Positions 51,610 through 61,418 of a stretch of 64,000 bases of DNA are shown in pieces. This DNA is from an uncultured Bacillota bacterium. Lineage in GTDB: Bacteria > Sysuimicrobiota > Sysuimicrobiia > Sysuimicrobiales > Segetimicrobiaceae. The translations under genes and the position numbers were made by a program. The stretch spans positions 64,001 to 128,000 of the forward strand of contig CAWDRG010000009.1 of the NCBI GenBank assembly GCA_963804645.1, written 5' to 3'. Under the pieces are notes generated by a model. That model had not been told where the DNA came from and did no database searches. It worked only from the letters and a program-made list of their open reading frames with translations. The number at the start of each line of letters is the position of its first letter. Positions within the stretch are counted from its first letter, which is position 1.

Positions 51610-52518
51610 ATGGCGCACTGGACCGTGTTTCCGGAAGAGGCGCCGGCCAAGGCGGCCGCGGCGGTGGCGGAGCAGATCGAGCGCGACGGCGGGCACGTGC
51701 TCGCCATCTACCGGGAGCCGGTCGGGGACCACTGGCAGATCTTCTCCCTGCTGCCGATGGACCGGGTCGAGCCGACGCCCTACCAGCGGGATCTCTCGCC
51801 AACGCACGCGAAGCGGCTCGCCGGCGTCATCAAGAAGCTGGACCGGTTCGTCGACCCGATCGTCGTGATGTCGCCGGAGCCGGGCCGCTACTGGACGCCG
51901 AACGGCAACCACCGCCGCGAGGTCCTGCGCAAGATGAAGGTGGCGATGATCCCGGCCATCGTCGTCCCGGAGCACGAGGTCGCCTTCCAGATCCTCGCGC
52001 TCAACACCGAGAAAGCGCACAACCTCAAGGAGAAGTCGCTCGAAGTGATCCGCATGTACCGCGGCCTCGTCGAGTCCGAACCGTCGGAGGGCGAGGAGGA
52101 CTACGCGTTTCAGTTCGAGGCCCCGCACTTCATCACGCTCGGGCTGCTCTACGAGGCCAACAAGCGCTTCGCCGGGGGCGCATTCGCGCCGATCCTCAGG
52201 CGGGTCGACAAGTTTCTCGGCGGGACGTTTCGCAAGACGCTGCCCGAACGGGAGGAGCGCGCCGCGCTCGTCCGCGAGGCCGATGAGGCGCTCGGCGGTG
52301 TCGTCGAGAAGATCAAGAAGCGCGGCATCCGCCACCCGTACGTGAAGAACTATGTGCTGTCGAGAACGACGCCGCTGACGCGTCAGCGCAAGACGCTGCC
52401 CAGCTTCGACCAGACGTTCAAGAAGCTGCGCACGAACATCGAGGCGTTCGACATCGGCAAAGTCCGCTACGAGGACATCCAGCGGTCGGCGATCATGTCG
52501 ATCCCGGCGGGCGAGTAG
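51610..52518 (+). CDS. ParB/Sulfiredoxin N-terminal domain protein
   Basis: PTPYQR.LS, DPIVV, TPNGNHR, LALNTEK; GGAGGAG RBS. Confidence 0.8.
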   Translation: MAHWTVFPEEAPAKAAAAVAEQIERDGGHVLAIYREPVGDHWQIFSLLPMDRVEPTPYQRDLSPTHAKRLAGVIKKLDRFVDPIVVMSPEPGRYWTPNGNHRREVLRKMKVAMIPAIVVPEHEVAFQILALNTEKAHNLKEKSLEVIRMYRGLVESEPSEGEEDYAFQFEAPHFITLGLLYEANKRFAGGAFAPILRRVDKFLGGTFRKTLPEREERAALVREADEALGGVVEKIKKRGIRHPYVKNYVLSRTTPLTRQRKTLPSFDQTFKKLRTNIEAFDIGKVRYEDIQRSAIMSIPAGE

Positions 52519-52552
52519 CGCGGCGAAGATCACAAGGGGGTCCGAACGACGT

Positions 52553-53689
52553 ATGACGGATGTGATCGTGATCGGGGGAGGACTGCTCGGCTTCTCGACC
52601 GCGTACCACTGCGTGCTGGCCGGCGCCCGCACCACGCTCGTCGATCGGCGGGACGCCGGGTGGGCGACCGGCGCCGGCGCCGGGATCATCTCCCCCGAAA
52701 CGGAGACGCGGGGGCTGCCTCACTGGTTTGAGTTTGCCGTCCAGGCCGGCGCCTACTACCCCCCGCTGCTCGAATCCCTCAAAGCCGACGGCGCCGTCGA
52801 CACCGGCTACGCCCGATGCGGGCTGGTGCTTGCGGCGACCGGGGAAGATGAGGTGGACGCCTTCGCGGCCGGCCGGGACCGCATCCTGGCCCGGCAGCGG
52901 TCGCGCGGCACGCCCGCCCCCAAGGATCTCCGGGAGATCACCCCCGACGAGGCACGGCGGTTCTTCCCGGCGTTTCGAACCGTCCTGGGCGCGGTGTATC
53001 ACCGACACGCGGCGCGCGTCGACGGCCGCCTCCTCGCGCAGGCGCTGCAGAACGCCGCGCAGCGGCGCGGCCTCGAGGTGCGGCGCGGCAGCGCGACGGC
53101 GCTCACGACCGATGGGGCCCGCGTCACCGGGGTGGTGATCGACGGGGAAGCCTGCCCCGCGGCGCGCGTCGTGATCGCCGGCGGGGCGTGGTCGAAAGCG
53201 TTCGGGGATCAGCTGCGCGTGCGGATCCCGGTCGAGCCCCAGCGGGGGCAGATCATCCACCTGAAAATGCGCGGCGTGAACGTCAGCGACTGGACAATTG
53301 TGAACGGATTCCGAGGCCACTATATCGTCCCCTGGCCGGACGGCCGCGTCGTGGTCGGCGCCAGCCGGGAGACGGGCTCAGGGTACGACCCGCGTCTGAC
53401 GGCGGGCGGCGTGCGGGAGGTCCTGACCGAAGCGCTTCGCGCGGCGCCGGGCCTGGTCGACGGGGAGATTCACGAGATGCGCGTGGGCCTGCGTCCCCTG
53501 GCCGTCGACGGCCTGCCGGTGCTGGGGGCCGTCCCCGCGGTGGCGGGCGTCTACCTCGCGACGGGGCACGGCCCGTCCGGCCTTCAGCTGGGACCATTCA
53601 GCGGCAAGGTCGTCGCGGACGTCGCGCTCGGCCGCGATCCCGGGGTCGATCTCGACCCGTTCCGGGTCACACGGTTCGACGGGACCTAA
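52553..53689 (+). CDS. FAD-dependent oxidoreductase (DAO/glycine oxidase family)
   Basis: GGGLLG, ATGAGAG, GAWS, PQRGQ, GLRP...DGLP, GHG..G. Confidence 0.9.
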   Translation: MTDVIVIGGGLLGFSTAYHCVLAGARTTLVDRRDAGWATGAGAGIISPETETRGLPHWFEFAVQAGAYYPPLLESLKADGAVDTGYARCGLVLAATGEDEVDAFAAGRDRILARQRSRGTPAPKDLREITPDEARRFFPAFRTVLGAVYHRHAARVDGRLLAQALQNAAQRRGLEVRRGSATALTTDGARVTGVVIDGEACPAARVVIAGGAWSKAFGDQLRVRIPVEPQRGQIIHLKMRGVNVSDWTIVNGFRGHYIVPWPDGRVVVGASRETGSGYDPRLTAGGVREVLTEALRAAPGLVDGEIHEMRVGLRPLAVDGLPVLGAVPAVAGVYLATGHGPSGLQLGPFSGKVVADVALGRDPGVDLDPFRVTRFDGT

Positions 53690-53707
53690 GCGCGGGCGGC
53701 CCGGCCG

Positions 53708-54601
53708 TCACAAGATCCGCTTCCCGAGCGCGGATGCGGCGAGCGCGGCGGCGAGCCGCCCGGTGCGGTTCTCCTGGTCGCGGATGGGATTGCACTCGAC
53801 GATTTCCATGGACACCAGCGCGCCCGACTGACTGATCAACTCCATCGCCAGGTGCGCCTCCCGAAAGTTGAGGCCCCCGTCGACGGGTGTGCCGACCCCG
53901 GGGGCCCGGAGCGGGTCCACCACGTCCATGTCGAGGCTGAGGTGCAGGGGACGGCTCCCGTCCCCGGTCGCCGCGCGCAGCGCGTGCCGGATCACCGCGG
54001 CGACCCCGAGCTCGTCGATCTCCTTCATCGTCAGCACGGTGACGTCGGAGTCCCGCAGCGCCAGGCGTTCGCCCGGATCCAGGTCGCGCGCGCCGACGAG
54101 CGCCGTCTGCGACTCCCGCACCTTGGGGTGCCGCCCGCCGAGGTTGACCAGCACCGGATCGCCCCGCCCGACGATTGCGGCCAGCGGCATGCCGTGGATG
54201 TTTCCGCTCGGGGATGTCTCGGGCGTGTTGAAGTCTCCGTGGGCGTCCATCCAGATCAGCCCAAGATCCGGATGCCGCCGTCCGACGGCGGCCAGCGTGC
54301 CGAGCGCCAGGCTGTGATCACCGCCGAGCACGAGCGGCACGTGCCCGCCGTCCATCAGGCTCCCCACGGCATCGGCGACCCGTTCGCAGACCGCGACGAT
54401 CTCCTCGAGATAGTGCAGCGCGGTCCCGCCCTGGATTTGGCCCGCGACCGGGACCGTCACGTTGCCGAACTCGGTAACGGTGTGCCCGATCGCGCCGAGC
54501 GCGTCGGCGAGGCCGGCGTAGCGAATGGCGCTCGGCCCCATGTCGGTCCCCCGCAGGCTCGCGCCGAGGTCGAGCGGGACCCCGAGGATGCCGATGCGCA
54601 C
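53708..54601 (-). CDS. rocF: Arginase
   Basis: [34 protein letters not shown]. Confidence 0.94.
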   Translation of the reverse strand: MRIGILGVPLDLGASLRGTDMGPSAIRYAGLADALGAIGHTVTEFGNVTVPVAGQIQGGTALHYLEEIVAVCERVADAVGSLMDGGHVPLVLGGDHSLALGTLAAVGRRHPDLGLIWMDAHGDFNTPETSPSGNIHGMPLAAIVGRGDPVLVNLGGRHPKVRESQTALVGARDLDPGERLALRDSDVTVLTMKEIDELGVAAVIRHALRAATGDGSRPLHLSLDMDVVDPLRAPGVGTPVDGGLNFREAHLAMELISQSGALVSMEIVECNPIRDQENRTGRLAAALAASALGKRIL

Positions 54602-54620
54602 AGAGGCCGCCGAGAACCGC

Positions 54621-55067
54621 CTAGTCCGTGAGGGGGCGCTTTCCTGCGCGGTCGTACTTGATGATGTGCTCCCATTCCGACGCGTCGGAGCGCGCGACGA
54701 CCGCGACGACGGGCTCGGTGTCGCTGCGGTTGAACACCTCGTGGGGCACGCCCGGCTCGATGAAAATGAAGTCGCCCGCCTCGTTGTCGATCGAGAGCGC
54801 GCACCCCGGCCCGTACTCGTGCCGCACGTGTCCCTGGACGATGTAGAGCATGACCTCGAAGTCCACGTGGATGTGGGCGTAGGCGACGCCGCCCGGGGGA
54901 ATGGTCGCCACGTTCATCGAGAGCTGCTTCGCGCCCACGTTCTTGGCGGACAGCCCGGTCTTATACTGAATCCCGTTCCACCCACGATGGATCTTGCTCC
55001 CACGCACGGTCAAAATGCCCTGCCCGCCGTCCACATACTGCTTCAGATCCTCATCCACGGGCCCCAT
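54621..55067 (-). CDS. Cupin-domain protein
   Basis: AHIH..E and AGDFIFIEPGVPH motifs; AAAGGAG RBS. Confidence 0.85.
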   Translation of the reverse strand: MGPVDEDLKQYVDGGQGILTVRGSKIHRGWNGIQYKTGLSAKNVGAKQLSMNVATIPPGGVAYAHIHVDFEVMLYIVQGHVRHEYGPGCALSIDNEAGDFIFIEPGVPHEVFNRSDTEPVVAVVARSDASEWEHIIKYDRAGKRPLTD

Positions 55068-55196
55068 GCGGATCTCCTTTCGCGGAGAGGCTGCCCCCGC
55101 GATAATTGACCCGCCCCCGATCAACTTCCTGCCCGCCGCGGCGGGCCGCGCGGCCACGCGGGGCCGCGCGGCCCCCCTCCTCCACGTGCGGCGCCG

Positions 55197-55481
55197 CTAC
55201 GGCGCCAGCGAGACCTCGCCCCAGGTCGTACCGGTGGCGTCCGAGTACAGCGCATCGAGTTTGACGTCGCGGAACTCGGGATCCGCGTTCAGACTGTCAA
55301 AGTGCGCGAACGAATCGATCTCGTAGATGAACAGCCGGTTCGGGCTGCCGGACGTCATCGACGCGTAGTACCGGAAGTTCCGCCCGCCGTGCCGTGCGAC
55401 GACGGCTTGGAGCTTGCGCAGCTCGCGCTTGACCTGCTCCTTGTCGTTCGGGTGGATCTGAAACGCGTGATGGACGATCAT
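55197..55481 (-). CDS. Small ferredoxin-like dimeric barrel protein (NIPSNAP/DUF1330-like)
   Basis: GGAGG RBS; RHGG, YEIDSFAHF...ADPEF pattern. Confidence 0.65.
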   Translation of the reverse strand: MIVHHAFQIHPNDKEQVKRELRKLQAVVARHGGRNFRYYASMTSGSPNRLFIYEIDSFAHFDSLNADPEFRDVKLDALYSDATGTTWGEVSLAP

Positions 55482-55502
55482 CGGGCATCCTCCGCTCCCA
55501 GT

Positions 55503-55727
55503 CTAGAGTTGCACGGTCTCCAGGACCTTGCCGAGTTCCTGCCGCAGCTGCGGGGTGTCCGCGTGCCCGTGGACTTTGATCGCGTGCGCGCAGGCCGCCT
55601 CCACCAGGTCGGCGCGCTGGTGCTCGGGCGCCATGATCACGAGCTGGCAGTTCTTCTCGCTCGGAAACTTGCCGCAGTTGACCGCGAGCCATGTACCGCT
55701 CTTGAGGTCGAGCGTCCCTAGCTGCAT
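55503..55727 (-). CDS. DUF1059-like small Cys/His metal-binding protein
   Basis: C-x7-C ... HA..VHGH; GGAGAGG RBS. Confidence 0.75.
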   Translation of the reverse strand: MQLGTLDLKSGTWLAVNCGKFPSEKNCQLVIMAPEHQRADLVEAACAHAIKVHGHADTPQLRQELGKVLETVQL

Positions 55728-55732
55728 CGTGC

Positions 55733-56218
55733 TCACCTCTCCATCAGACTAGTGGTCCAACGCGCGGGTCGCGCCGCGAGCGACGGAGTCGCCCGGGCCC
55801 ACGGCGTTGCCGTGTGCCGAATGCGTCGAGGCGACGTGGGGGGCGCGTGAGCCCACATTGGACCCGAGGATCGTCTCGCGGGTCCGAGCTCGCTCGACGA
55901 ACGCGCGCGGATGGCGAGCGCCGGCGGAACACGCCACCCGGTGCGCGCGGTCGACAATGTGCGTGACCGATGGAGCGGATTGCCGCGCAGCGCGCGGAAC
56001 GGTTGGAGCGGCTCGGCCGACGGCCACACCCTGACAAACTCGCCGCGAACCGATTCACCTCTGACGACCGCGGCCAGGCTGACGCCCCGGAAGGCGGGTG
56101 CCCCGGGAGCACCCGTGACCGTCCGATGGTGCGCGATCCCGGCCGGAACGCCGCTGCTCGCGGGCGCGACCAGTGCGCCGGACGTCACAAAGACCAGGCT
56201 CAGCACGATCCACATCAT
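55733..56218 (-). CDS. Doubtful hypothetical protein with a signal-peptide-like N-terminus
   Basis: MMWIVLSLVFVTSGALVAPA N-terminus; the rest is Arg/Pro-rich with weak coding signal. Confidence 0.3.
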   Translation of the reverse strand: MMWIVLSLVFVTSGALVAPASSGVPAGIAHHRTVTGAPGAPAFRGVSLAAVVRGESVRGEFVRVWPSAEPLQPFRALRGNPLHRSRTLSTARTGWRVPPALAIRARSSSELGPARRSSGPMWAHAPPTSPRRIRHTATPWARATPSLAARPARWTTSLMER

Positions 56219-56349
56219 CGTCGCGCACACCCCGGTGTCCCGCGCCGATCAGTCGTAGTCACTCGACGTTCTCTGCAGTGTCCCGGAGTCCCTTGGCCCG
56301 AACGACGTCGCCGGCGAAGCACGCCACCGCGGCGGCCGCGGCCTGCGCG

Positions 56350-57195
56350 CTACGCGGGTCCGCGCCGCGCACTGCCCGCCCGGCCCAGATGGTGGACGAG
56401 ATAGTGCGCAAGGTCCGTCCGACCGCTTCCGCCCGCCCCCGTCGGCCGGTCGCCGGGGTGGTCCAACACCGTCACGGACGTGTCGCCGGAAAAGAACGCC
56501 CACGCGTCGGTCCCGGGCTCGAGCGTAGCGGGCTGCTGGACCGTCAATTCCAGCCGCAGCACCCGCCGCGTCTCTCCGGCCGGTCGAGGCAGTTCGACGA
56601 CCGTGTTCCCCACGATGTGGCACCCGGCCAGGATCGTCGCTGTCACCGCTCGGGGTGTGGCAGACGGCACGTTGAGGTTGACGAGGGGCGTCCGGTGGCC
56701 GGGCGCGGCATCCGCGGCGAGGGATCGCCCGGCCAGCAACTCGGCGACTCGCCGCGCGGTCCGCGCGGCGGTGTCCCACGCGGGACCGGCGGGGTCCCGA
56801 CGGCAGGACACCGCGATCCCCGGGATCCCCAGGGTCGTTGCGACCCGCGCGGCGCCGACCGTGCCGGACAAATAGGTGTCGCACCCAAGGTTCGGCCCGG
56901 GGTTGACGCCCGATACGACGAGATCGGGGCGCGGCACCAGGGTGCCGAACGCCGCGACAAGCACGCACGTCGCAGGCGTCCCGGCCAATTGGAACGCGGC
57001 TGCCGCCCCCATGCGCACGACTTCCGGGACGTCCTGCGCGTCGATGTCCCGGCGCACGCTCAGCGACGCGCTGGAGGCGCTGCGATCATCGCTCGGCGCG
57101 AGCACTATGACCTCGTGGGCGGTCGCGAAGGCCCGCACGAGGGCGTGCAACCCCTCGCTGCCGATCCCGTCGTCGTTGGTCACGAGCACGCGCAT
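56350..57195 (-). CDS. surE: 5'/3'-nucleotidase SurE
   Basis: MRVLVTNDDG, GTPATC, VVSGVNPGPN, SGTVGAA, NLNVP; GAGGAGG RBS. Confidence 0.9.
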   Translation of the reverse strand: MRVLVTNDDGIGSEGLHALVRAFATAHEVIVLAPSDDRSASSASLSVRRDIDAQDVPEVVRMGAAAAFQLAGTPATCVLVAAFGTLVPRPDLVVSGVNPGPNLGCDTYLSGTVGAARVATTLGIPGIAVSCRRDPAGPAWDTAARTARRVAELLAGRSLAADAAPGHRTPLVNLNVPSATPRAVTATILAGCHIVGNTVVELPRPAGETRRVLRLELTVQQPATLEPGTDAWAFFSGDTSVTVLDHPGDRPTGAGGSGRTDLAHYLVHHLGRAGSARRGPA

Positions 57196-57229
57196 GTCGT
57201 CTGCCTCCTCTGGGCGGGGCGCACGCGCC

Positions 57230-57560
57230 CCGTCATTGGGTCCGGCCGGAGGCCACTTCCCGGCCGCGGCCGCGAACGTTTCGATGATCTGCCGCTGCCA
57301 GAAGAGATAGGCCGGCACCGCCGGCGCGCACACCAGGACGCTGGCGGCGGTCAGCGGACCCCACAACCCGGCGCCTTCTCCGAGAAACTGCGCAATGCCT
57401 GTCTGCATCGTGTGCATCGACGTCGCGGGCGCCGCCAGCAGCGGCCAGACACTCGGTCCAGGTGTTGCGCAGCACGAGGAGCCCGAGCGCGGTGATCGCC
57501 GGCCGCAGCCGCGGCAGCATCACGTGCGCCGGCCGCGGCGACATCCGCGAACCGCCGGGC
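57230..57560 (-). pseudogene. Carbohydrate ABC permease (MalG-like) 3' remnant, frameshifted
   Basis: VMLPRLRPAITALGLL..NTW in one frame, then WPLL...TMQTGIAQF..WGPLTAASV...YLFWQRQIIE in another; no 5' half. Confidence 0.72.
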
Positions 57561-57918
57561 AGTGCCATTATCTCGGCACATCCGGAATCGACGGTGCGGG
57601 GGTCTGCGAAGGACAGGCAAAGATTTCGGCAACAGTCGCGCATGGGACGCACGATCGAACAGCGGCCGGCTCGCGGAGGGTCCGGGAGCAGCCCGCCGAC
57701 GTTAGATCGACGTCGCCGGGCGGTATAACAGCACCAACGGCGCGGCGGTCGACCGACCGCGGTAAGGGTGCCTCACCGCTAAGCCCCGAAGGTCCGGACT
57801 CCCGACCCGCCGAACCCCGACCGCGACAGGTCGATGTCTGTCGTGGGAGCTGACGAATGGCTCGTCGGCCGAAGAAGCGGGCTGCGAAGAGACCGGCGGC
57901 TTGGCGGCGGGCAGAGGT

Positions 57919-57987
57919 ATGACCGCGCCCCGCCGTGTGGCAGCGATCCTTGCCGCCGATGTAGCAGGCTACTCGCGCCTCATGGGG
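57919..57987 (+). pseudogene. Class III adenylate/guanylate cyclase N-terminal remnant
   Basis: MTAPRRVAAILAADVAGYSRLMG, then similarity stops abruptly. Confidence 0.7.
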
Positions 57988-58112
57988 TTGGAACGGACAA
58001 GACGTGAGAATTCAACGCGCCTTGGCTTAGACAAGCCTACAGCGTGGTGCCGCCCCCGCACCACGCAAGCTCCTCAGCCCAGCATGTCCGTGCCGCCTGA
58101 ACTGAGAGCCTT

Positions 58113-59306
58113 GTGCTGAAAACCACGTACGATATCGTCATCGTAGGAGGCGGTCTTGGCGGCTCGACCTTCGCCAAAGTCATGGCGGAAAGCGGCGCGC
58201 GCGTGCTGGTGCTCGAGCGAGAAACACGGTTCCGAGACCGCGTGCGTGGTGAAGCCGTACATCCCTGGGGCGTGATCGAGGCCACGCGATTGGGCATCGC
58301 TGATCTGCTTCAATCGACGTGCGCGCATACGATCCCTTGGTTCGAGCGATACCGCGGCGAGACGCGGGTCCTTCACCACGACTTAGTCGCGCAGTACGGC
58401 GCACCGGAGCTGAAGTTTTACCATCCGGCGATGCAGGAGGCTCTGCTTCAGGCAGCCGCAGACGCCGGCGCGTGCGTTCGACGCGGCGTCCACGTGCGAG
58501 ACGTTCGGGGTGGTGCACCGCCGGAGGTGACGGCGGCATGCGACGGCGGCGTTGAGACTTGGTGTCCCCGGCTCGTGGTCGCTGCCGACGGGCGAAACTC
58601 GCTGGCGCGCCGATGGGGAAAGTTTTCGGTGCGGCGCGACCCCAAGCTCTCGCTGATAGCGGGGCTGCTCTTTGATGGGATGCCGGCCCCGACCGATTGG
58701 GTGCGCATCTTCACCACGCAGCTGGACCGCGCCGTCCTGTGTTTCCCGCAGGGGAACGGTCGTGTGCGGCTCTACTACGTCCATCGCTATGATGTATCTC
58801 CGCTCCGGGGCGAGGCAGACGTGCCTCACTTTGTCGCAGCGGCGAGGAGCGCCGGGGCGCCAGCCCAGCTGTTCGCTGAGGCCAGGCCGGCCGGCCCGCT
58901 CGCGACCTTTGATACCGCCGATCGATGGGTGAACCACCCGTATGGCAACGGGGTTGTGCTCATCGGCGACGCTGCGGCCACGAACGATCCGACGAATGGT
59001 GACGGTATGTCGCTGACGCTGCGGGACGCGCGGGTGCTGCGGGATTGTCTGCGTCACGACGCTGACTGGGACACCGCGGCGCACGCGTACGCGGCGGAAC
59101 ACGACCGCTACTACGGCGTGCTCCACGCGGTGCAGGGCTGGTTTAGAGAGTTGTTTCGCGACCTGGGACCGGACGGTGAGGCGCGGCGGGCGCGTGTGTT
59201 GCCACTCCACCAACAGGATCCGTCCCGAATCCCGGACCACATTTTCGGCGGACCGGATCTGCCCTTCAACGAGACCATTCGGCGTCGTTTCTTCGGCGAG
59301 GAATAG
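58113..59306 (+). CDS. FAD-dependent monooxygenase (FAD_binding_3 family)
   Basis: GGGLGG, FRDRVRGE, AADGRNS, IGDAA...DP..G.GM. Confidence 0.88.
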   Translation: MLKTTYDIVIVGGGLGGSTFAKVMAESGARVLVLERETRFRDRVRGEAVHPWGVIEATRLGIADLLQSTCAHTIPWFERYRGETRVLHHDLVAQYGAPELKFYHPAMQEALLQAAADAGACVRRGVHVRDVRGGAPPEVTAACDGGVETWCPRLVVAADGRNSLARRWGKFSVRRDPKLSLIAGLLFDGMPAPTDWVRIFTTQLDRAVLCFPQGNGRVRLYYVHRYDVSPLRGEADVPHFVAAARSAGAPAQLFAEARPAGPLATFDTADRWVNHPYGNGVVLIGDAAATNDPTNGDGMSLTLRDARVLRDCLRHDADWDTAAHAYAAEHDRYYGVLHAVQGWFRELFRDLGPDGEARRARVLPLHQQDPSRIPDHIFGGPDLPFNETIRRRFFGEE

Positions 59307-59330
59307 TACAGGGTGGAAGCGGCGCACAAG

Positions 59331-59374
59331 CGTTTGCTGAAATGATACGTGCCGTTCGCTGAACGTTCGCTGAA
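59331..59374 (+). repeat. Three phased 11-bp direct repeats
   Basis: CGTTTGCTGAA at 59331, CGTTCGCTGAA at 59353 and 59364. Confidence 0.7.
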
Positions 59375-59497
59375 CACTCACGTGGCAAACTGCCGGAGAT
59401 AATGGCATCCTACAACGCGGCAGGGGATCTCCCCCGCTGTTCGAAGACCTCTCCCAAACGCCGCGCACGCACCAGGTGCACGCGGGGGGAGACCATC

Positions 59498-61138
59498 ATG
59501 CGCGAGCTGTCCTATGCGCACGGCGCGCATCCAACGCCGCTCCTCGGTGAGACGATCGGCGACAACCTCAGGCGCACCGTGCGGGACGCCCCGGACAGTC
59601 CCGCGCTCGTGGTGCGCCATCAGGGCTACCGGGCGACTTACCGCGAGTTCTGGGGCCAGGTGACGCAGGCGGCGCGGGGGCTGCTCGCCCGCGGCGTGCA
59701 GAAGGGCGAGCGCGTCGGCATCTGGGCGCCGAACCGTTACGAGTGGGTCGTCACGCAGTACGCGACGGCCCGCATCGGCGCGATTCTGGTCAACATCAAC
59801 CCGGCCTACAAGACCACGGAGCTCGAATACGCGCTCACGCAGTCCGGGGTCAGCGTCCTTTTGCTCGCCCGGGGATTCCGCCAGTCAGATTATGTCGGCA
59901 TGGCCGAGGACGTGCGGCCGCGCTGCCCGGCCCTGCGGGAACGGATCGTCCTCGACGACGGCTGGCAGGCGCTGCTCGACGCCGGCGCGCGCGTCTCCGA
60001 ACGCGATCTCGCCGCCGCCGAAGCGGCGCTCCAGTTCGACGAGCCGATCAACGTGCAGTACACCTCGGGCACGACGGGGTTTCCGAAGGGCGCCACGCTC
60101 TCCCATCACAACATCCTGAACAACGGCTTCTTCATCGGGGAGGCGCTGCGCTACGGGACCCGCGACCGCGTGTGCATTCCCGTGCCGTTCTACCACTGCT
60201 TCGGCATGGTGCTCGGCAACCTGGCCTGCACCACGCACGGAGCGTGCATCGTCGTGCCGGGCGAGGCGTTCGACCCGCTCGCGGTGCTGGAGGCGGTCCA
60301 GGCGGAGCGGTGCACGTCGCTGTACGGCGTTCCCACGATGTTCATCGCCGAGCTCGATCATCCCCGGTTCTCGGAGTACGATCCCTCGAGCCTCCGCACC
60401 GGCATCATGGCCGGCTCCCCGTGTCCGGTCGAGATCATGAAGCGGGTCCAGTCGCAGATGGGCATGCGGGAGGTCACCATCTGCTACGGGATGACCGAGA
60501 CCTCGCCGGTCTCCACCCAGAGCGCGCTCGACGACCCGCTCGACAAGCGGGTGGCGACCGTGGGGCGGGTCCACCCCCACGTCGAGATCAAGATCATCGA
60601 CCCCGTCACGCGGGCCGTCGTGCCCCGCGGCGTGCCCGGCGAGCTGTGCACCCGCGGCTACGCGGTAATGCTCGGCTACTGGAACAACGACGCCGCGACC
60701 CGCGAGGCAATCGACGAGGCCCGATGGATGCACACCGGGGATCTTGCGACGATGGACGCGGACGGATACGTCAATATCGTGGGCCGCCTCAAAGACATGA
60801 TCATCCGGGGCGGGGAAAACATTTACCCCCGCGAGGTCGAGGAGTTCCTGTACACGCACCCCGCCGTCGCCGACGTCCAGGTGATCGGCGTGCCGAGCCG
60901 CCAGTACGGCGAGGAGGTGATGGCCTGGATCAAGGTGCGCGACGGAGCCCAGGTGACCGAGGACGAACTGCTGCAGTTCTGCCGGGGCAAGATCGCGACG
61001 GTCAAGATCCCGCGGTACTGGAAGTTCACCGACGCCTTCCCGCTGACGGTCACGGGGAAGGTGCAGAAGTTCCGGATGCGCGAGGTCGCGATCGTCGAGC
61101 TCGGCCTCCAGGAAGCCGCCGCGATCCGAACGGCCTGA
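59498..61138 (+). CDS. AMP-binding acyl-CoA synthetase
   Basis: [41 protein letters not shown]. Confidence 0.93.
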   Translation: MRELSYAHGAHPTPLLGETIGDNLRRTVRDAPDSPALVVRHQGYRATYREFWGQVTQAARGLLARGVQKGERVGIWAPNRYEWVVTQYATARIGAILVNINPAYKTTELEYALTQSGVSVLLLARGFRQSDYVGMAEDVRPRCPALRERIVLDDGWQALLDAGARVSERDLAAAEAALQFDEPINVQYTSGTTGFPKGATLSHHNILNNGFFIGEALRYGTRDRVCIPVPFYHCFGMVLGNLACTTHGACIVVPGEAFDPLAVLEAVQAERCTSLYGVPTMFIAELDHPRFSEYDPSSLRTGIMAGSPCPVEIMKRVQSQMGMREVTICYGMTETSPVSTQSALDDPLDKRVATVGRVHPHVEIKIIDPVTRAVVPRGVPGELCTRGYAVMLGYWNNDAATREAIDEARWMHTGDLATMDADGYVNIVGRLKDMIIRGGENIYPREVEEFLYTHPAVADVQVIGVPSRQYGEEVMAWIKVRDGAQVTEDELLQFCRGKIATVKIPRYWKFTDAFPLTVTGKVQKFRMREVAIVELGLQEAAAIRTA

Positions 61139-61151
61139 GTGCCGGCCCCCG

Positions 61152-61364
61152 TCAGTCCTCCGGCGCCGAGAACGGCGGCCCGTCCGGGATCTGCCCCCGC
61201 GTCACGGACGTCCTGGCGAGGTCCGCGAAGATGGCCGCGAGCACGACCAGTCCCACCAGCAGTCCCCGCGTGTGCCGCAGGGTCTCCCGCACCGGCGCGG
61301 CCGCGCTCCCCGCGACCTCGGCGCGCGCGGTGCCTTGAGATGCCAGCGCTGAACGGTGTAGCAT
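61152..61364 (-). CDS. Small single-pass membrane protein
   Basis: GGGAGGGAG RBS with ATG; hydrophobic GLLVGLVVLAAIFA segment; follows fliL. Confidence 0.5.
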   Translation of the reverse strand: MLHRSALASQGTARAEVAGSAAAPVRETLRHTRGLLVGLVVLAAIFADLARTSVTRGQIPDGPPFSAPED

Positions 61365-61418
61365 GGTCTCCCTCCCGGATTCGGGCCCACGGGCGGCGGC
61401 GCCCCCCGGCGCGCCCCT

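Larger units (their letters stand above)
57563..59407. repeat. Imperfect inverted-repeat pair (57563-57578 and 59391-59407)
   Basis: TGCCATTATCTCGGCA versus TGCCGGAGATAATGGCA; the reverse complement differs by one inserted base. Confidence 0.6.

Noticed and set aside
57615..57670. GGCAAA...GGGACGCA resembling a c-di-GMP-I riboswitch
   Set aside because: I cannot build the P2 stem with a GNRA loop, and the following AAA/P3 elements are missing; an Rfam RF01051 scan would settle it.
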